This document shows, piece by piece, positions 18,807-28,127 of a stretch of DNA of 64,000 nt (the stretch's first letter is position 1; every line of letters begins with the position of its first letter). The stretch is from Nitrospiraceae bacterium (GTDB lineage: Bacteria; Nitrospirota; Nitrospiria; Nitrospirales; Nitrospiraceae), in assembly GCA_919902505.1 (NCBI GenBank), contig CAKKRE010000028.1, positions 10,530-74,529 of the forward strand, read 5' to 3'. The notes beneath the pieces are model-generated. The model had not been told where the DNA came from. It did not search any database and was given only the letters and a program-made list of their open reading frames with translations. Position numbers and translations under genes: made by a program.

Positions 18807-18971
18807 ATAGCCTCGATCTGTCACGACCGGCCTCTCCATGATGTGCGCAGGATGACTACGCTGTCCGCGCATGGAGAACCGCCGTATCAGCTCGGCCCGC
18901 CCTTCTTTCGAATGGGTGGGTGGTGCAACCGCCTGTGGGCAGCTTGATCAGACTACGGAAAGGAACGGCAC

Positions 18972-19661
18972 ATGGAGTCAATGGGAAAGATGACGTTGGA
19001 ACGAGTAATCGATGTGGGCCCTGCCGGTTTTCATCCTCCATCGGCGATGGAACTGGGTGTCACACATCCTGATTCTGGATCCGGACTGCTCTATGGCCGC
19101 CATGCCCAGCAAGATGAGGTGATCGCAGAGTCCGCAAGGCAATTGTTCACCAGGAAGAATCCGACGATCTTCCCGGGGCCGTTGTACTTATGGGCCTGGC
19201 ATCCGGAATGGATCGCCAAGGGACACGCTCTGTTGAGGCTTGCCGCCGAGATCCCCGGAGTCATGATCATTCCGATGCCGGACTATCGACCTAAGTATCC
19301 AAAAATCGATCCAGAAGAGGTCATCAATCCGAATCATCCGAACCTGACGATTTGGGGAAACAAGATCGAGGTGGCTCTGTTCATCGGCATTCACTGTCAC
19401 TACGCCAACCTGGCGCTACGCATGGTGCGGGCGGGAACGAATTGCCTCACCGTGGCCTTCTGCCACGACATCCATGAAGACGCCATGCTCAGTGTGCAGG
19501 ATCTCGATGTGAAGCAGATGGATCACATCATTGATATTTTTCGAACGGTTCGGAAGGAACTCGGAATCGAGATGCCGAAAAACGGGCAGACCGTCCGTTT
19601 GACCGAGACGCAGATGCGCGCAAACCATGGGGTCGAGCGAGTGAATCCATGGCCAGCCTGA
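18972..19661 (+). CDS. CO_dh/ACDS-epsilon family protein, ForD/PorD-like subunit of five-subunit 2-oxoacid:ferredoxin oxidoreductase (copy 1)
   Basis: KNPTIFPGPL.LWAW, PDYRPKYPKI, INPNHPNLTI, GIHCH; paralog at 22185; family assignment is from recall, not a search. Confidence 0.7.
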   Translation: MESMGKMTLERVIDVGPAGFHPPSAMELGVTHPDSGSGLLYGRHAQQDEVIAESARQLFTRKNPTIFPGPLYLWAWHPEWIAKGHALLRLAAEIPGVMIIPMPDYRPKYPKIDPEEVINPNHPNLTIWGNKIEVALFIGIHCHYANLALRMVRAGTNCLTVAFCHDIHEDAMLSVQDLDVKQMDHIIDIFRTVRKELGIEMPKNGQTVRLTETQMRANHGVERVNPWPA

Positions 19662-19718
19662 TGGGGAGTGTCAGACTTAGGCGGAAAGGCAGCGAGCCAA
19701 CAGTGCAGGAATCCGAGC

Positions 19719-20009
19719 ATGCCGATGAACATTGAGAATCCTGAGAAACCACCCGCGCTTAGGCACTATGTACCAAGCGAGGAATGGATTGCGCGAATCA
19801 GTCGCCTGCAAGATACGCTGACCGTGTGCCCAGCGGATATTCCGGCACGGTGCGAATTAGCAACGCTCCTGGAAAAGCTGGAGCAACCGGAAGAGGCCTT
19901 GGTTCATTGGCAAGTCGTGCTTGCCTGCGATCCCAACAGTCTCAACGCGCGTGAAGGAGTGGCTCGCTGTCGTCTTCAGGCAGGCCGTCCGCTACAGTCC
20001 CGTACGTGA
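19719..20009 (+). CDS. Small TPR-like protein
   Basis: ARCELATLLEKLEQPEEALVHWQVVLACDPNSLNAREGVARC fits a TPR helix pair. Confidence 0.6.
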   Translation: MPMNIENPEKPPALRHYVPSEEWIARISRLQDTLTVCPADIPARCELATLLEKLEQPEEALVHWQVVLACDPNSLNAREGVARCRLQAGRPLQSRT

Positions 20010-20427
20010 GAGTGCGCATGCCTACTCTCTGGGGTTGTTTCGATCAAGTCGAAACAAGCCTTCCGGGGACTTGTTGGATCCTGCTCAGGTCTCTGTTGCT
20101 CGGGGCACGGCGATCCCATCCGGGCCTATCTCGGAGAGCAGGCCCTCATCGCGAGAGGACCGGAACGGGTAGAGCTTTCACGCGTGAAGGTGGGGGAATT
20201 TGTAGAAGTCACCTATCACCGGGGGCACGCTGGTTTTCATGGAGGCCGACACCATTGATGTCCGTCCCGACTAGGACGTTGCGCCCGAAGAAAGTGAGGA
20301 AGGCTAAGTTTGGGTTTGCGAGCGCCAAGACACATGGGAGGCCGGCACGATGAGACGACAAGGAAATCGAGGCCAACAGCGGTCTGGGGAACGCGACGTA
20401 CGCAGTCAAACAGGGAGACGTAAGCAT

Positions 20428-20706
20428 ATGGTGAAGGACAGGAACATCGTGGTTGTGCGGTATCCACGAGGTGCGACCGCTCTCATCTGGCTTGATCCGG
20501 CCAGTCGAGCGGTTGTAACCAGCCATGCCGGGTTGAGTGCTCTGCTTCACCAGGGAGTGAGGGACTGGGGCGGCCGCCTGGTATTTCCCGAAAGCGGCCA
20601 AGACTTCTTAAGGGCGGTTTATGATCGCCTCTTCATCAATGGCTGCGCCGTCCAATGGATGAGTGCGTCGGCTACCGTCGATGTTCAACGAAGTTACCGT
20701 GTCTAG
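20428..20706 (+). CDS. Hypothetical protein
   Basis: ATG after a GGGAG-like RBS; protein-like composition; in line with the operon. Confidence 0.55.
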   Translation: MVKDRNIVVVRYPRGATALIWLDPASRAVVTSHAGLSALLHQGVRDWGGRLVFPESGQDFLRAVYDRLFINGCAVQWMSASATVDVQRSYRV

Positions 20707-20722
20707 CGCGGATCAAGTCGAT

Positions 20723-22159
20723 ATGGCTCCCTTCACATCCTGGCTTCCTTCTCCTTCCACGCAAGACTTCGATCTGGTCGTCAAAGTTGCAGGATCGGGT
20801 GCGTCACCGCTCCATCAGGATTGGCTGCCTCTTGCGCATATCCTGATCGATCATGGATTGACGGTGATGGCCCAACATCAGCGTCTGAACGGCCACTCCG
20901 GCGACTTTGTGCTGCATCTTCGCATGGCCGTTCAACCATTCCATTCAATGGGACATGGATGCGACGTCCTCGTCCACGTGGGGGACCATGCGCCGGAATT
21001 TTGGCGCTTCGATCTCCAGCCAGGAAGCGTGCTTCTCTGGGAACCTCCAGTGGAACGACCGCTCTATCCCGTCGTTCCCGAGGGAGTGATTACGTACCCG
21101 CTGCCTCTTTCGGATCTCTCTGCCCCTTACGGCGAGGGGGTGTCCGGAAAGGGACTCGCCGCGCTGGGAGTTCTGTTGTGCTTGCTCGGATGCCCTCAGG
21201 AGACTCTTCATCGTGTCGCCCGGCTGTTGGCGGCGCCAAGATCGTTCGCCGCCGGAATTGAATTCGCCCACTATGAGATTGCGAAACGCGATGCGTATTG
21301 TCTTCCGCTTTCCGCAGACGACCGTGGCCAAGGTCGGATCCTGCTGGCACCGGAACAGGCGACGATGCTCGGGTTCGCCATCAGTTTCTGCGAATGCGGA
21401 ACGGGTTGTGATCGTGAGTTGCTCCAGTCACCGGCAGAGTGGATGCGCAGACACCTGGGGATTGCCGGGGGCATGGTATCGGTGCTGCAGAGCGAGAGGC
21501 ACCCCGATGTGCAAGTGTTTCGAGGACCTCAAGAAAAGGTGGTGGCCCTCTTGGGTGGGGATGACCGCGCGATAATGTCCTGCCTTGCCGGGTCGCGAAT
21601 CCTCGTGGCCGCCGACGTCATGGATGTCGTGAAGCTCTTGATTGAGGCCCACGATCTGATCCGAAAAGGACTGAGCGGGAGCGTCGTGGTCTTGGTCGAT
21701 GACGTCGTCGCCAGGCGCCATCAAAGCGTCGATCTCAGTGCCTTGATCGAGATGGTCCGGCCGAGAGGGGCTGATGTACGAGGTGCGATCATGACAGTTC
21801 AATCCGATTTGCCGGTTAGGCCGGCTGATCGGGACCAAGAGGCTGGGGCGGACGTGGGCTTTTTCTCCTGGGGGGCAGATCAAGGGGTAGTTCGAGACGC
21901 AGTGGGGCTCTGTCGACAATTTGGCCTCAACGTAGCTGGCTTGTATCCGAAAGTCGTTGTGCCGCTGCCGCAAGCGGAATTGGAGATGTTTGCCAGAACC
22001 GTCAAGCGCATGGTCCTGGTCGAATCGAGCCGGAGGCATGGGTATGCTGAGCGGATACGGGCGGCATGCTCGTTCCGGCCTACGGTACTCACATCGCTGC
22101 CCGGAAAGTCGCTCACACCGATGGATATTTTTCTTCGAGAAGGGTTGGGGGCCGTATGA
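20723..22159 (+). CDS. Degenerate KorA-type 2-oxoacid:ferredoxin oxidoreductase alpha(+gamma)-like protein
   Basis: Gamma-like N-terminus (LVVKVAGSG..GCDVLV) and PFOR-II C-terminus (ADVGFFSWGADQGVVRDAV..VVPLP..VLVE); YPITP, EDEIAA and TSGPG are absent. Confidence 0.7.
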   Translation: MAPFTSWLPSPSTQDFDLVVKVAGSGASPLHQDWLPLAHILIDHGLTVMAQHQRLNGHSGDFVLHLRMAVQPFHSMGHGCDVLVHVGDHAPEFWRFDLQPGSVLLWEPPVERPLYPVVPEGVITYPLPLSDLSAPYGEGVSGKGLAALGVLLCLLGCPQETLHRVARLLAAPRSFAAGIEFAHYEIAKRDAYCLPLSADDRGQGRILLAPEQATMLGFAISFCECGTGCDRELLQSPAEWMRRHLGIAGGMVSVLQSERHPDVQVFRGPQEKVVALLGGDDRAIMSCLAGSRILVAADVMDVVKLLIEAHDLIRKGLSGSVVVLVDDVVARRHQSVDLSALIEMVRPRGADVRGAIMTVQSDLPVRPADRDQEAGADVGFFSWGADQGVVRDAVGLCRQFGLNVAGLYPKVVVPLPQAELEMFARTVKRMVLVESSRRHGYAERIRAACSFRPTVLTSLPGKSLTPMDIFLREGLGAV

Positions 22160-22184
22160 ACCACGATGGAAAGGAGTTGAAGTG

Positions 22185-22763
22185 ATGGAACCGTACGAGA
22201 TGACCATTGGACCTGAAGGGTATCTGCCTCCGTCTGTTTCCGAAAGGGGCGTCGTTGGTCCCTCGAAGGGGGAGGGGCTTGTCATGGGAAAACGGGTGCC
22301 GGAGCAGCAGGCGATCGATGAAGTGGCGCGCCGACTACTTGCGGCCAAGAACCCCACGATCTTCCCGGGTCCGTTGGTTCTTTGGGCCTGGAATGAACAG
22401 GCGATGCGCGAGTCCAAAGTGGTCAAAGCGTTGGCGGAAGCGGTTCCGGCGAAGCTTATCCCGATGGCCGATTACCGGCCGAAGTATCCGAAGATCGAGG
22501 CGGAGCGGGAGATCAATCCGAACCATCCGAATCTGACGATCTGGAAAAACAAGATCGATGTCTGCTTATTTGTGGGTGTACATTGTCATCAATCCAATAT
22601 TGCGCTGAAGATCATTCGTGGCGGCACGGACTGCTACACCATCGCGCTCTGCACCTTTAGCGGCGACGATGAGGCGCACATCACGATCAGGGACTTGACC
22701 GTTGATACCATTCAGCGCATTGTGGATTCAGTCCATCGGCAGAAAAATTCACGGTCCTCATAG
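22185..22763 (+). CDS. CO_dh-family ForD/PorD-like protein (copy 2)
   Basis: AAGGAG RBS at 22171; GPEGYLPPS, KNPTIFPGPLVLWAW, DYRPKYPKI, INPNHPNLTIW, GVHCH. Confidence 0.72.
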   Translation: MEPYEMTIGPEGYLPPSVSERGVVGPSKGEGLVMGKRVPEQQAIDEVARRLLAAKNPTIFPGPLVLWAWNEQAMRESKVVKALAEAVPAKLIPMADYRPKYPKIEAEREINPNHPNLTIWKNKIDVCLFVGVHCHQSNIALKIIRGGTDCYTIALCTFSGDDEAHITIRDLTVDTIQRIVDSVHRQKNSRSS

Positions 22764-22815
22764 GGACGCTGGAGGATTGTCTCTGATGGCTACCTTCGTC
22801 AAGAGAGGATATGTC

Positions 22816-23745
22816 ATGCGATATGTACTTGCCGCAATTGTCGGGGTGATGGTTGCAATGGGCTCATCCGCCTGGGCCTATGAGGAAATCACGGTTGCAG
22901 AGGGTGGGACCCTGAGGGGCATCGTAACGCTCGAAGGGACTGTCCCCAAGCCGAAAGGGTACAACCTCACGACCTTGCCGGACCAATTCTATTGCGGGCG
23001 CATTTCGGACGGACAAGGCTGGCGCATTTTGCAGCCGTTCCAGGTCGGACCGGCGAGCGAGTTTCGCGACGTCGTGGTCTATCTGGAAGGCATCGACAAG
23101 GGCAAACCCTTCCCTGAAGGGGGCGTGCCGCACATCGAAGCGAAAGACTGCCTGTTCGAACCGTTCACCACCATCGTGCGGGACGATCAATCGGTGACGG
23201 TGGTCAACATGGACCCCGTCATGCACGACATTCAAGCCTATGAAACGTCGCATTTGGGCGCGCGCGTGTTGTTCAACGTGCCGCTGCCGATGAATCCGCA
23301 GCATCCGCGCAACCTCAAGGATCGCAGCGATGCCGGGATGTATCACAAACACATGGCCGGCCCGCCGATGAAGCAATTGGTGAATCTCAGCAAGGGCCGG
23401 CGGATTTTCGTCATGCAATGCGGCTTCCACGCGTACATGGAGAGCTGGGGGGTGGCCGTCACCAACCCGTACTTTGCCAAGACGGACGAGCAGGGCCGGT
23501 TCACCCTGACCGATGTGCCGGCGGGTACCTATAAGCTGGTCGTCTGGCACCCCTATGTCCGTACCGCGACCGAACAGACCGTCACGATCGGCCCGAAAGG
23601 GACGGTGGAGGCCCATGTCGTGGTCCCGGCCCCGATCGGGCGGCTCTATGCCAACGAGGTGATGGAGCATCCGTACAATCGCTACAACGTGCTCGAAGAA
23701 ACAAAGCGAGAAATCGATCCGATGATCCACAAGCAGGAGCATTGA
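22816..23745 (+). CDS. Exported protein with cupredoxin-like and carboxypeptidase-regulatory-like domains
   Basis: Signal peptide; MHDIQ and CGFHAYM; C-terminal TDEQGRFTLTDVPAGTYKLVVWHPY. Confidence 0.75.
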   Translation: MRYVLAAIVGVMVAMGSSAWAYEEITVAEGGTLRGIVTLEGTVPKPKGYNLTTLPDQFYCGRISDGQGWRILQPFQVGPASEFRDVVVYLEGIDKGKPFPEGGVPHIEAKDCLFEPFTTIVRDDQSVTVVNMDPVMHDIQAYETSHLGARVLFNVPLPMNPQHPRNLKDRSDAGMYHKHMAGPPMKQLVNLSKGRRIFVMQCGFHAYMESWGVAVTNPYFAKTDEQGRFTLTDVPAGTYKLVVWHPYVRTATEQTVTIGPKGTVEAHVVVPAPIGRLYANEVMEHPYNRYNVLEETKREIDPMIHKQEH

Positions 23746-24371
23746 AGCGGGAGTGAGAGGGTGTGAAGCGCCTAATACTATCTCGTGGAGCAGGATTGCT
23801 GATAAGCGATGCGTGTGTGGTGTAGGCGAGGATCTCGAGAGAGGGAGCTTGTCAAAACCAGAAACTGCGAATCGCCAGATCGATGGGTTAGCCATTCTGC
23901 TGCATTGAGCTTCCTCCATGCCGTCATTACACTGACCTTTTCTCCAGCGTCTGCATGCGGCTGAATCTGACATCTGAAATGTTGCCGGAACTGGCCCATC
24001 TAACGGTCGGAATCCTCGCCTTGTATCATCCAATCGGTAGTCTCTTGCAGGCCTATACCGGCAAGGCGATTGTGCCACTGGTGCCGTCCCCTTTTCCGTC
24101 ATGAAAAGAGCATGAGGGGGCCGGTTCGATTGGAGCCGGCATGGTCCCACGGGGGAACCTGAGTTTGCATGAAATGGTTGCATGGGTTCTGCTCTATGTC
24201 CGTTGTGCACGGTCGCTTTTCGGATAGCAGTTGATGTGTCACACCGTATGTTTTAAGGTTCCTGGAGGCTGTCAAGATTCTCCGGTTCACATCTCGAAGA
24301 CCAGGGGGGAGTGATAGAATGCATTCTGTGTCTGGTTGTGGAGGGGCCTCCTTGAGGTTCTTGCTGCAACG

Positions 24372-26399
24372 ATGACCGTTCTACTCGTCGGCCTACTGGC
24401 GATCTACATAGCCGGCGTCATCCTTCCTCCATGTTTTCCTGGGAAAGCGAGGATTCAGAACCTCGTCGCACATGGGCTTGCGGCGGCGGCAGGTTTCGTC
24501 GGTATCGTCCTCGGTGTTGCGGGCCTCCTCTCAACGGCGCCTCTGACCCTCTCGCTTGCTTCCAACATTCCCCATCTCAGCTTCGCAATCCGTCTGGACC
24601 CGCTGGCGGCGTTCTTCGTGCTGACTATCTCGCTGGTGGGGCTGGCCGCGTCGATCTATGCGTCCGGCTACGTCGTCGAATTCTCGGGCCGAGTATCGGT
24701 GGGATTGTTGGGCTCCCTCCTCAACGGGTTTTTGCTCTCCATGACCCTGGTGGTCCTGGCCGACAACGGGTTCTTCTTCCTGATCCTCTGGGAAGTCATG
24801 TCCCTGTTGTCCTATGTGCTGGTTGTGACGGAGCATGAGAAGCCCGGCGTCCGGGAGGCGGGGTTGTTCTATCTCATCATGACGCACGTCGGTACCGCGT
24901 TCATCATCCTCACGTTTTTGATCTTTTTCCAGGAAACCGGCTCATTTTCCTTCGAGGCGTTTCGCCACCCCGACCAGCAGCTTCCTGAGGGATTGCGATC
25001 GATCGCGTTTTTCACGGCCTTGATCGGATTCGGCGCGAAGGCCGGCATCGTTCCACTGCACGTGTGGCTCCCCTATGCGCATCCCGCCGCCCCGTCCCAC
25101 ATCTCGGCCCTAATGTCGGGGGTCATGATCAAGACCGCCATCTACGGGTTGATCCGGATGTACTTCGATTTCATGGGCGGGGAATTCCCCTGGTGGTGGG
25201 GCTTCACGTTGTTGGTCGCCGGCACGGTGTCGGCGCTCCTGGGTGTCATGTACGCCTTGATGGAACATGACCTGAAGAGCCTGCTCGCCTTTCACAGTGT
25301 GGAAAACATCGGCATCATTCTGCTGGGGATCGGCGCAGGCATGATCTTCCACACCTATGGCTTGCATGAACTGGCGGCGCTCGGATTACTGGCGGGCCTG
25401 TACCATACCATCAACCACGCGGCGTTTAAGGCGTTGCTGTTTCTGGGCGCCGGGGCGCTGCAGTTCTCCACCCATACGAGACACATCGAGGAGTACGGCG
25501 GCTTGCTCCGGCGCATGCCCTGGACGGGCGCCTTTTTTCTGATCGGCGCCGTCTCCATCGCCGCGCTTCCGCCCACCAATGGGTTCGTCAGTGAGTGGCT
25601 GGTCTTTCAGAGTTTGTTTCTCAGCTTCCAGCTGCCCACTCTGTTTCTCAAGTTGATGTTGCCGATTGCCGCCGCGATGTTGGCGTTGACGGGCGCGCTG
25701 GCGCTGGCGTGTTTTGCGAAGGCGTTCGGGATGTCGTTTCTGGCGCAGCCGCGCAGCGTCCATGCCCGCCATGCGACGGAAGTCCCCTGGTCGATGCGGG
25801 TTGGGATGGGCTTCTTGGCAGGGCTCTGCATGGTGCTGGGGCTGGCGCCCATGCTGGTCGTTCCGTTGTTGGATCGGGTCACGACTCCATTGACCGGTGC
25901 GGCCATCAGTTCACAGGTGCTGGCGCTCGACGGCTGGGTGGTGGCGCCGGTGACGGTGGAGTTTTCGAGCATCTCGACGCCGGTGCTCGCCATGCTCCTG
26001 GTCGGGGCGGGAGCGTTGGGGCTGCTGATCGCCCGACTCTGCGGGAAGGGGCTGCGCGCGCGCTATTACAAGACCTGGGGTTGCGGGCTGAATCTGACGC
26101 CTCGCATGGAATACACCGCGACCGGCTTCGCGCAACCGGTCAAGCAGGTCTTTGAAACCATCTACCAGCCGACGGTGAAGCTGGAGCAGGAGTTTCTGGA
26201 GCAATCGAAGTACTTCATCAAGCATCAGCGGTTCGAGTCGCACATCGAGCCGGTCTTCGAGAAGTACCTCTACCGGCCGGTGGTGGCATGGCTGTTGGCG
26301 GCAGCCGACCGGCTGCGCATCATTCAGGCCGGCAGTCTCCATCTGTATCTCACCTACATTTTTGTGACGCTGGTGCTGTTGTTGTTATGGGCGGGGTAG
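24372..26399 (+). CDS. hyfB: Hydrogenase-4 component B-like antiporter subunit (Ehr complex)
   Basis: Many TM helices; WEVMS, KAGIVPLHVWLPYAHPAAP, ENIGII, GGLLRRMP; alternative start at 24336. Confidence 0.9.
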   Translation: MTVLLVGLLAIYIAGVILPPCFPGKARIQNLVAHGLAAAAGFVGIVLGVAGLLSTAPLTLSLASNIPHLSFAIRLDPLAAFFVLTISLVGLAASIYASGYVVEFSGRVSVGLLGSLLNGFLLSMTLVVLADNGFFFLILWEVMSLLSYVLVVTEHEKPGVREAGLFYLIMTHVGTAFIILTFLIFFQETGSFSFEAFRHPDQQLPEGLRSIAFFTALIGFGAKAGIVPLHVWLPYAHPAAPSHISALMSGVMIKTAIYGLIRMYFDFMGGEFPWWWGFTLLVAGTVSALLGVMYALMEHDLKSLLAFHSVENIGIILLGIGAGMIFHTYGLHELAALGLLAGLYHTINHAAFKALLFLGAGALQFSTHTRHIEEYGGLLRRMPWTGAFFLIGAVSIAALPPTNGFVSEWLVFQSLFLSFQLPTLFLKLMLPIAAAMLALTGALALACFAKAFGMSFLAQPRSVHARHATEVPWSMRVGMGFLAGLCMVLGLAPMLVVPLLDRVTTPLTGAAISSQVLALDGWVVAPVTVEFSSISTPVLAMLLVGAGALGLLIARLCGKGLRARYYKTWGCGLNLTPRMEYTATGFAQPVKQVFETIYQPTVKLEQEFLEQSKYFIKHQRFESHIEPVFEKYLYRPVVAWLLAAADRLRIIQAGSLHLYLTYIFVTLVLLLLWAG

Positions 26400-26463
26400 G
26401 GCGAGGCAGCGGGCTGTGCGTAGGGGTTGTGCCTGGTCGTTCGATCACTGAGTGACGGGAGCT

Positions 26464-27420
26464 ATGCAGTCGATCATCCACATCGTGCTGGTCGTCGTTC
26501 AGCTTGCGCTGTTGTTGACCCTCTCTCCGTTTGTCGTCGGCCTCATCCGAAAGGTCAAAGCACGTCTACAGTGCCGCCGCGGGGCGAGTCTCTTTCAGCC
26601 CTACGCCGATCTGGCCAAGTTGTTCCGGAAGCAGCCCGTCATCTCTTCGACGACCTCCTGGATTTTTACCGCGGCGCCATACATTGTCTTTGCCTCGACC
26701 GTTGCGGCGGGACTGCTGATACCGGTGTTCGTCTCTCACACCCCGCTCAATTTCGCGGGGAACATCATTGCGCTCGTCTATCTGCTGGCGTTGGGAACGT
26801 TCTTCCTGATCCTGGCGGGGCTCGATGCAGGATCGGCGTTCGGGGGGATGGGCAGCAGCCGCGAGGCGATCGTCGCGACGCTGGCCGAGCCGGCCATGAT
26901 GCTGTCCATCCTTTCTATCGCGCTGACCGCCGGCTCCACGAATTTGAGCACCATCGTGCATCAGTCCGCGTTGATGGAAGGGGTCGTCGTGGCTCCGCCC
27001 GCCCATTTGATGGCGCTGGCCGCCTTGTTCATCGTGACGCTGGCGGAAACCGGTCGTGTCCCGGTGGACAATCCCGCCACGCACCTGGAATTGACGATGA
27101 TCCACGAGGCCATGCTGCTCGAGTATTCCGGCCGCTACCTGGCGTTGATGGAGTGGGCGGCCGGCATCAAGTTGCTGGTGTTCCTGACCTTGATCGTGAA
27201 TGTCTTTGCGCCCTGGGGTATCGCCACGAGCCTGGCGCCGTCAGCCATCGCCGTCGGTCTTCTGGTGTATCTCGGGAAAGTGGCTGCGCTGGCTTTTGTG
27301 ATCGGCGTGATCGAATCGATGTTCGCGAAGCTGCGATTGTTCCGGGTGCCGGAAATGCTGGGCGCGGCGTTCATCCTGTCGCTGCTCGCGCTGGTCTTCT
27401 TCTATACGCTGAAAGGGTAA
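26464..27420 (+). CDS. hyfC: HyfC/NuoH-like membrane subunit
   Basis: RKVKARLQCRRG..QPYADLAKL, GSSRE, ETGRVPVD, EYSG. Confidence 0.9.
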   Translation: MQSIIHIVLVVVQLALLLTLSPFVVGLIRKVKARLQCRRGASLFQPYADLAKLFRKQPVISSTTSWIFTAAPYIVFASTVAAGLLIPVFVSHTPLNFAGNIIALVYLLALGTFFLILAGLDAGSAFGGMGSSREAIVATLAEPAMMLSILSIALTAGSTNLSTIVHQSALMEGVVVAPPAHLMALAALFIVTLAETGRVPVDNPATHLELTMIHEAMLLEYSGRYLALMEWAAGIKLLVFLTLIVNVFAPWGIATSLAPSAIAVGLLVYLGKVAALAFVIGVIESMFAKLRLFRVPEMLGAAFILSLLALVFFYTLKG

Positions 27421-27424
27421 CGCG

Positions 27425-28090
27425 GTGTCGGCTTCCACCCAATTGGGCTCACAACTCGTCGATCTCTGCTCGGTCCTGCTGCTGCTCTGTTGTTTTGCCA
27501 TCGTGGCGCAGCGTCGATTGTCGGCCTGTGTGGATCTCTTTGCGCTGCAGTCCGCGTTTCTGGCGGCGACCGCCGCGCTCGTCGCGTTTCTGACCGGACA
27601 TAAGCACATTTATTTCGCGGCGGCCCTGACGATCGTCATCAAAGTGATCGTGCTGCCACGCATTCTGCGGAAGGTCATCGAGCGTCTGAATGTCTCCCGT
27701 GAGCTGGGGATGAATATCAATATTCCGGCGGGCCTGCTGATCTGCGGCGCGCTGGTGATCGTCGCCTTCTTTATCACGCAGCCCATCATTCCGCTCGGCT
27801 ACCTGCTGACGCGCGATTCTCTGGCCATTGCGCTGGCCATTATTTTGATCGGATTTTTCACCATGATCGCCCGCCAGAAGGCGATCACGCAGATGGTCGG
27901 CTTCCTGGTCATGGAGAACGGAGTGTTCCTGGGAGCCACGGCGGCCGCGTACGGCATGCCGCTGATCGTTGAATTGGGCGTCTTCTTCGATGTGTTGGTG
28001 GCCGGGTTGATCGTCGGCATTTACACGCATCGGCTGCAGGATACGTTCGATAGCGTGGACACCAGCACGCTGACGGTGCTGAAGGAATGA
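27425..28090 (+). CDS. hyfE: HyfE-like membrane subunit
   Basis: GFLVMENG, PLIVELGVFFD; position in the operon. Confidence 0.88.
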   Translation: MSASTQLGSQLVDLCSVLLLLCCFAIVAQRRLSACVDLFALQSAFLAATAALVAFLTGHKHIYFAAALTIVIKVIVLPRILRKVIERLNVSRELGMNINIPAGLLICGALVIVAFFITQPIIPLGYLLTRDSLAIALAIILIGFFTMIARQKAITQMVGFLVMENGVFLGATAAAYGMPLIVELGVFFDVLVAGLIVGIYTHRLQDTFDSVDTSTLTVLKE

Positions 28091-28127
28091 GGCGGTCGAT
28101 GACGCATGTCCGGCGAGTAGGTGCTGT

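Noticed and set aside
18972-22763. CO dehydrogenase/acetyl-CoA synthase (Wood-Ljungdahl) genes
   Set aside because: Only the small CO_dh-family subunit is present; there is no catalytic CODH or ACS subunit
23746-24371. Sigma-54 promoter for hyfB
   Set aside because: Every TTGC I checked had GG at the wrong spacing (N9 or N11)
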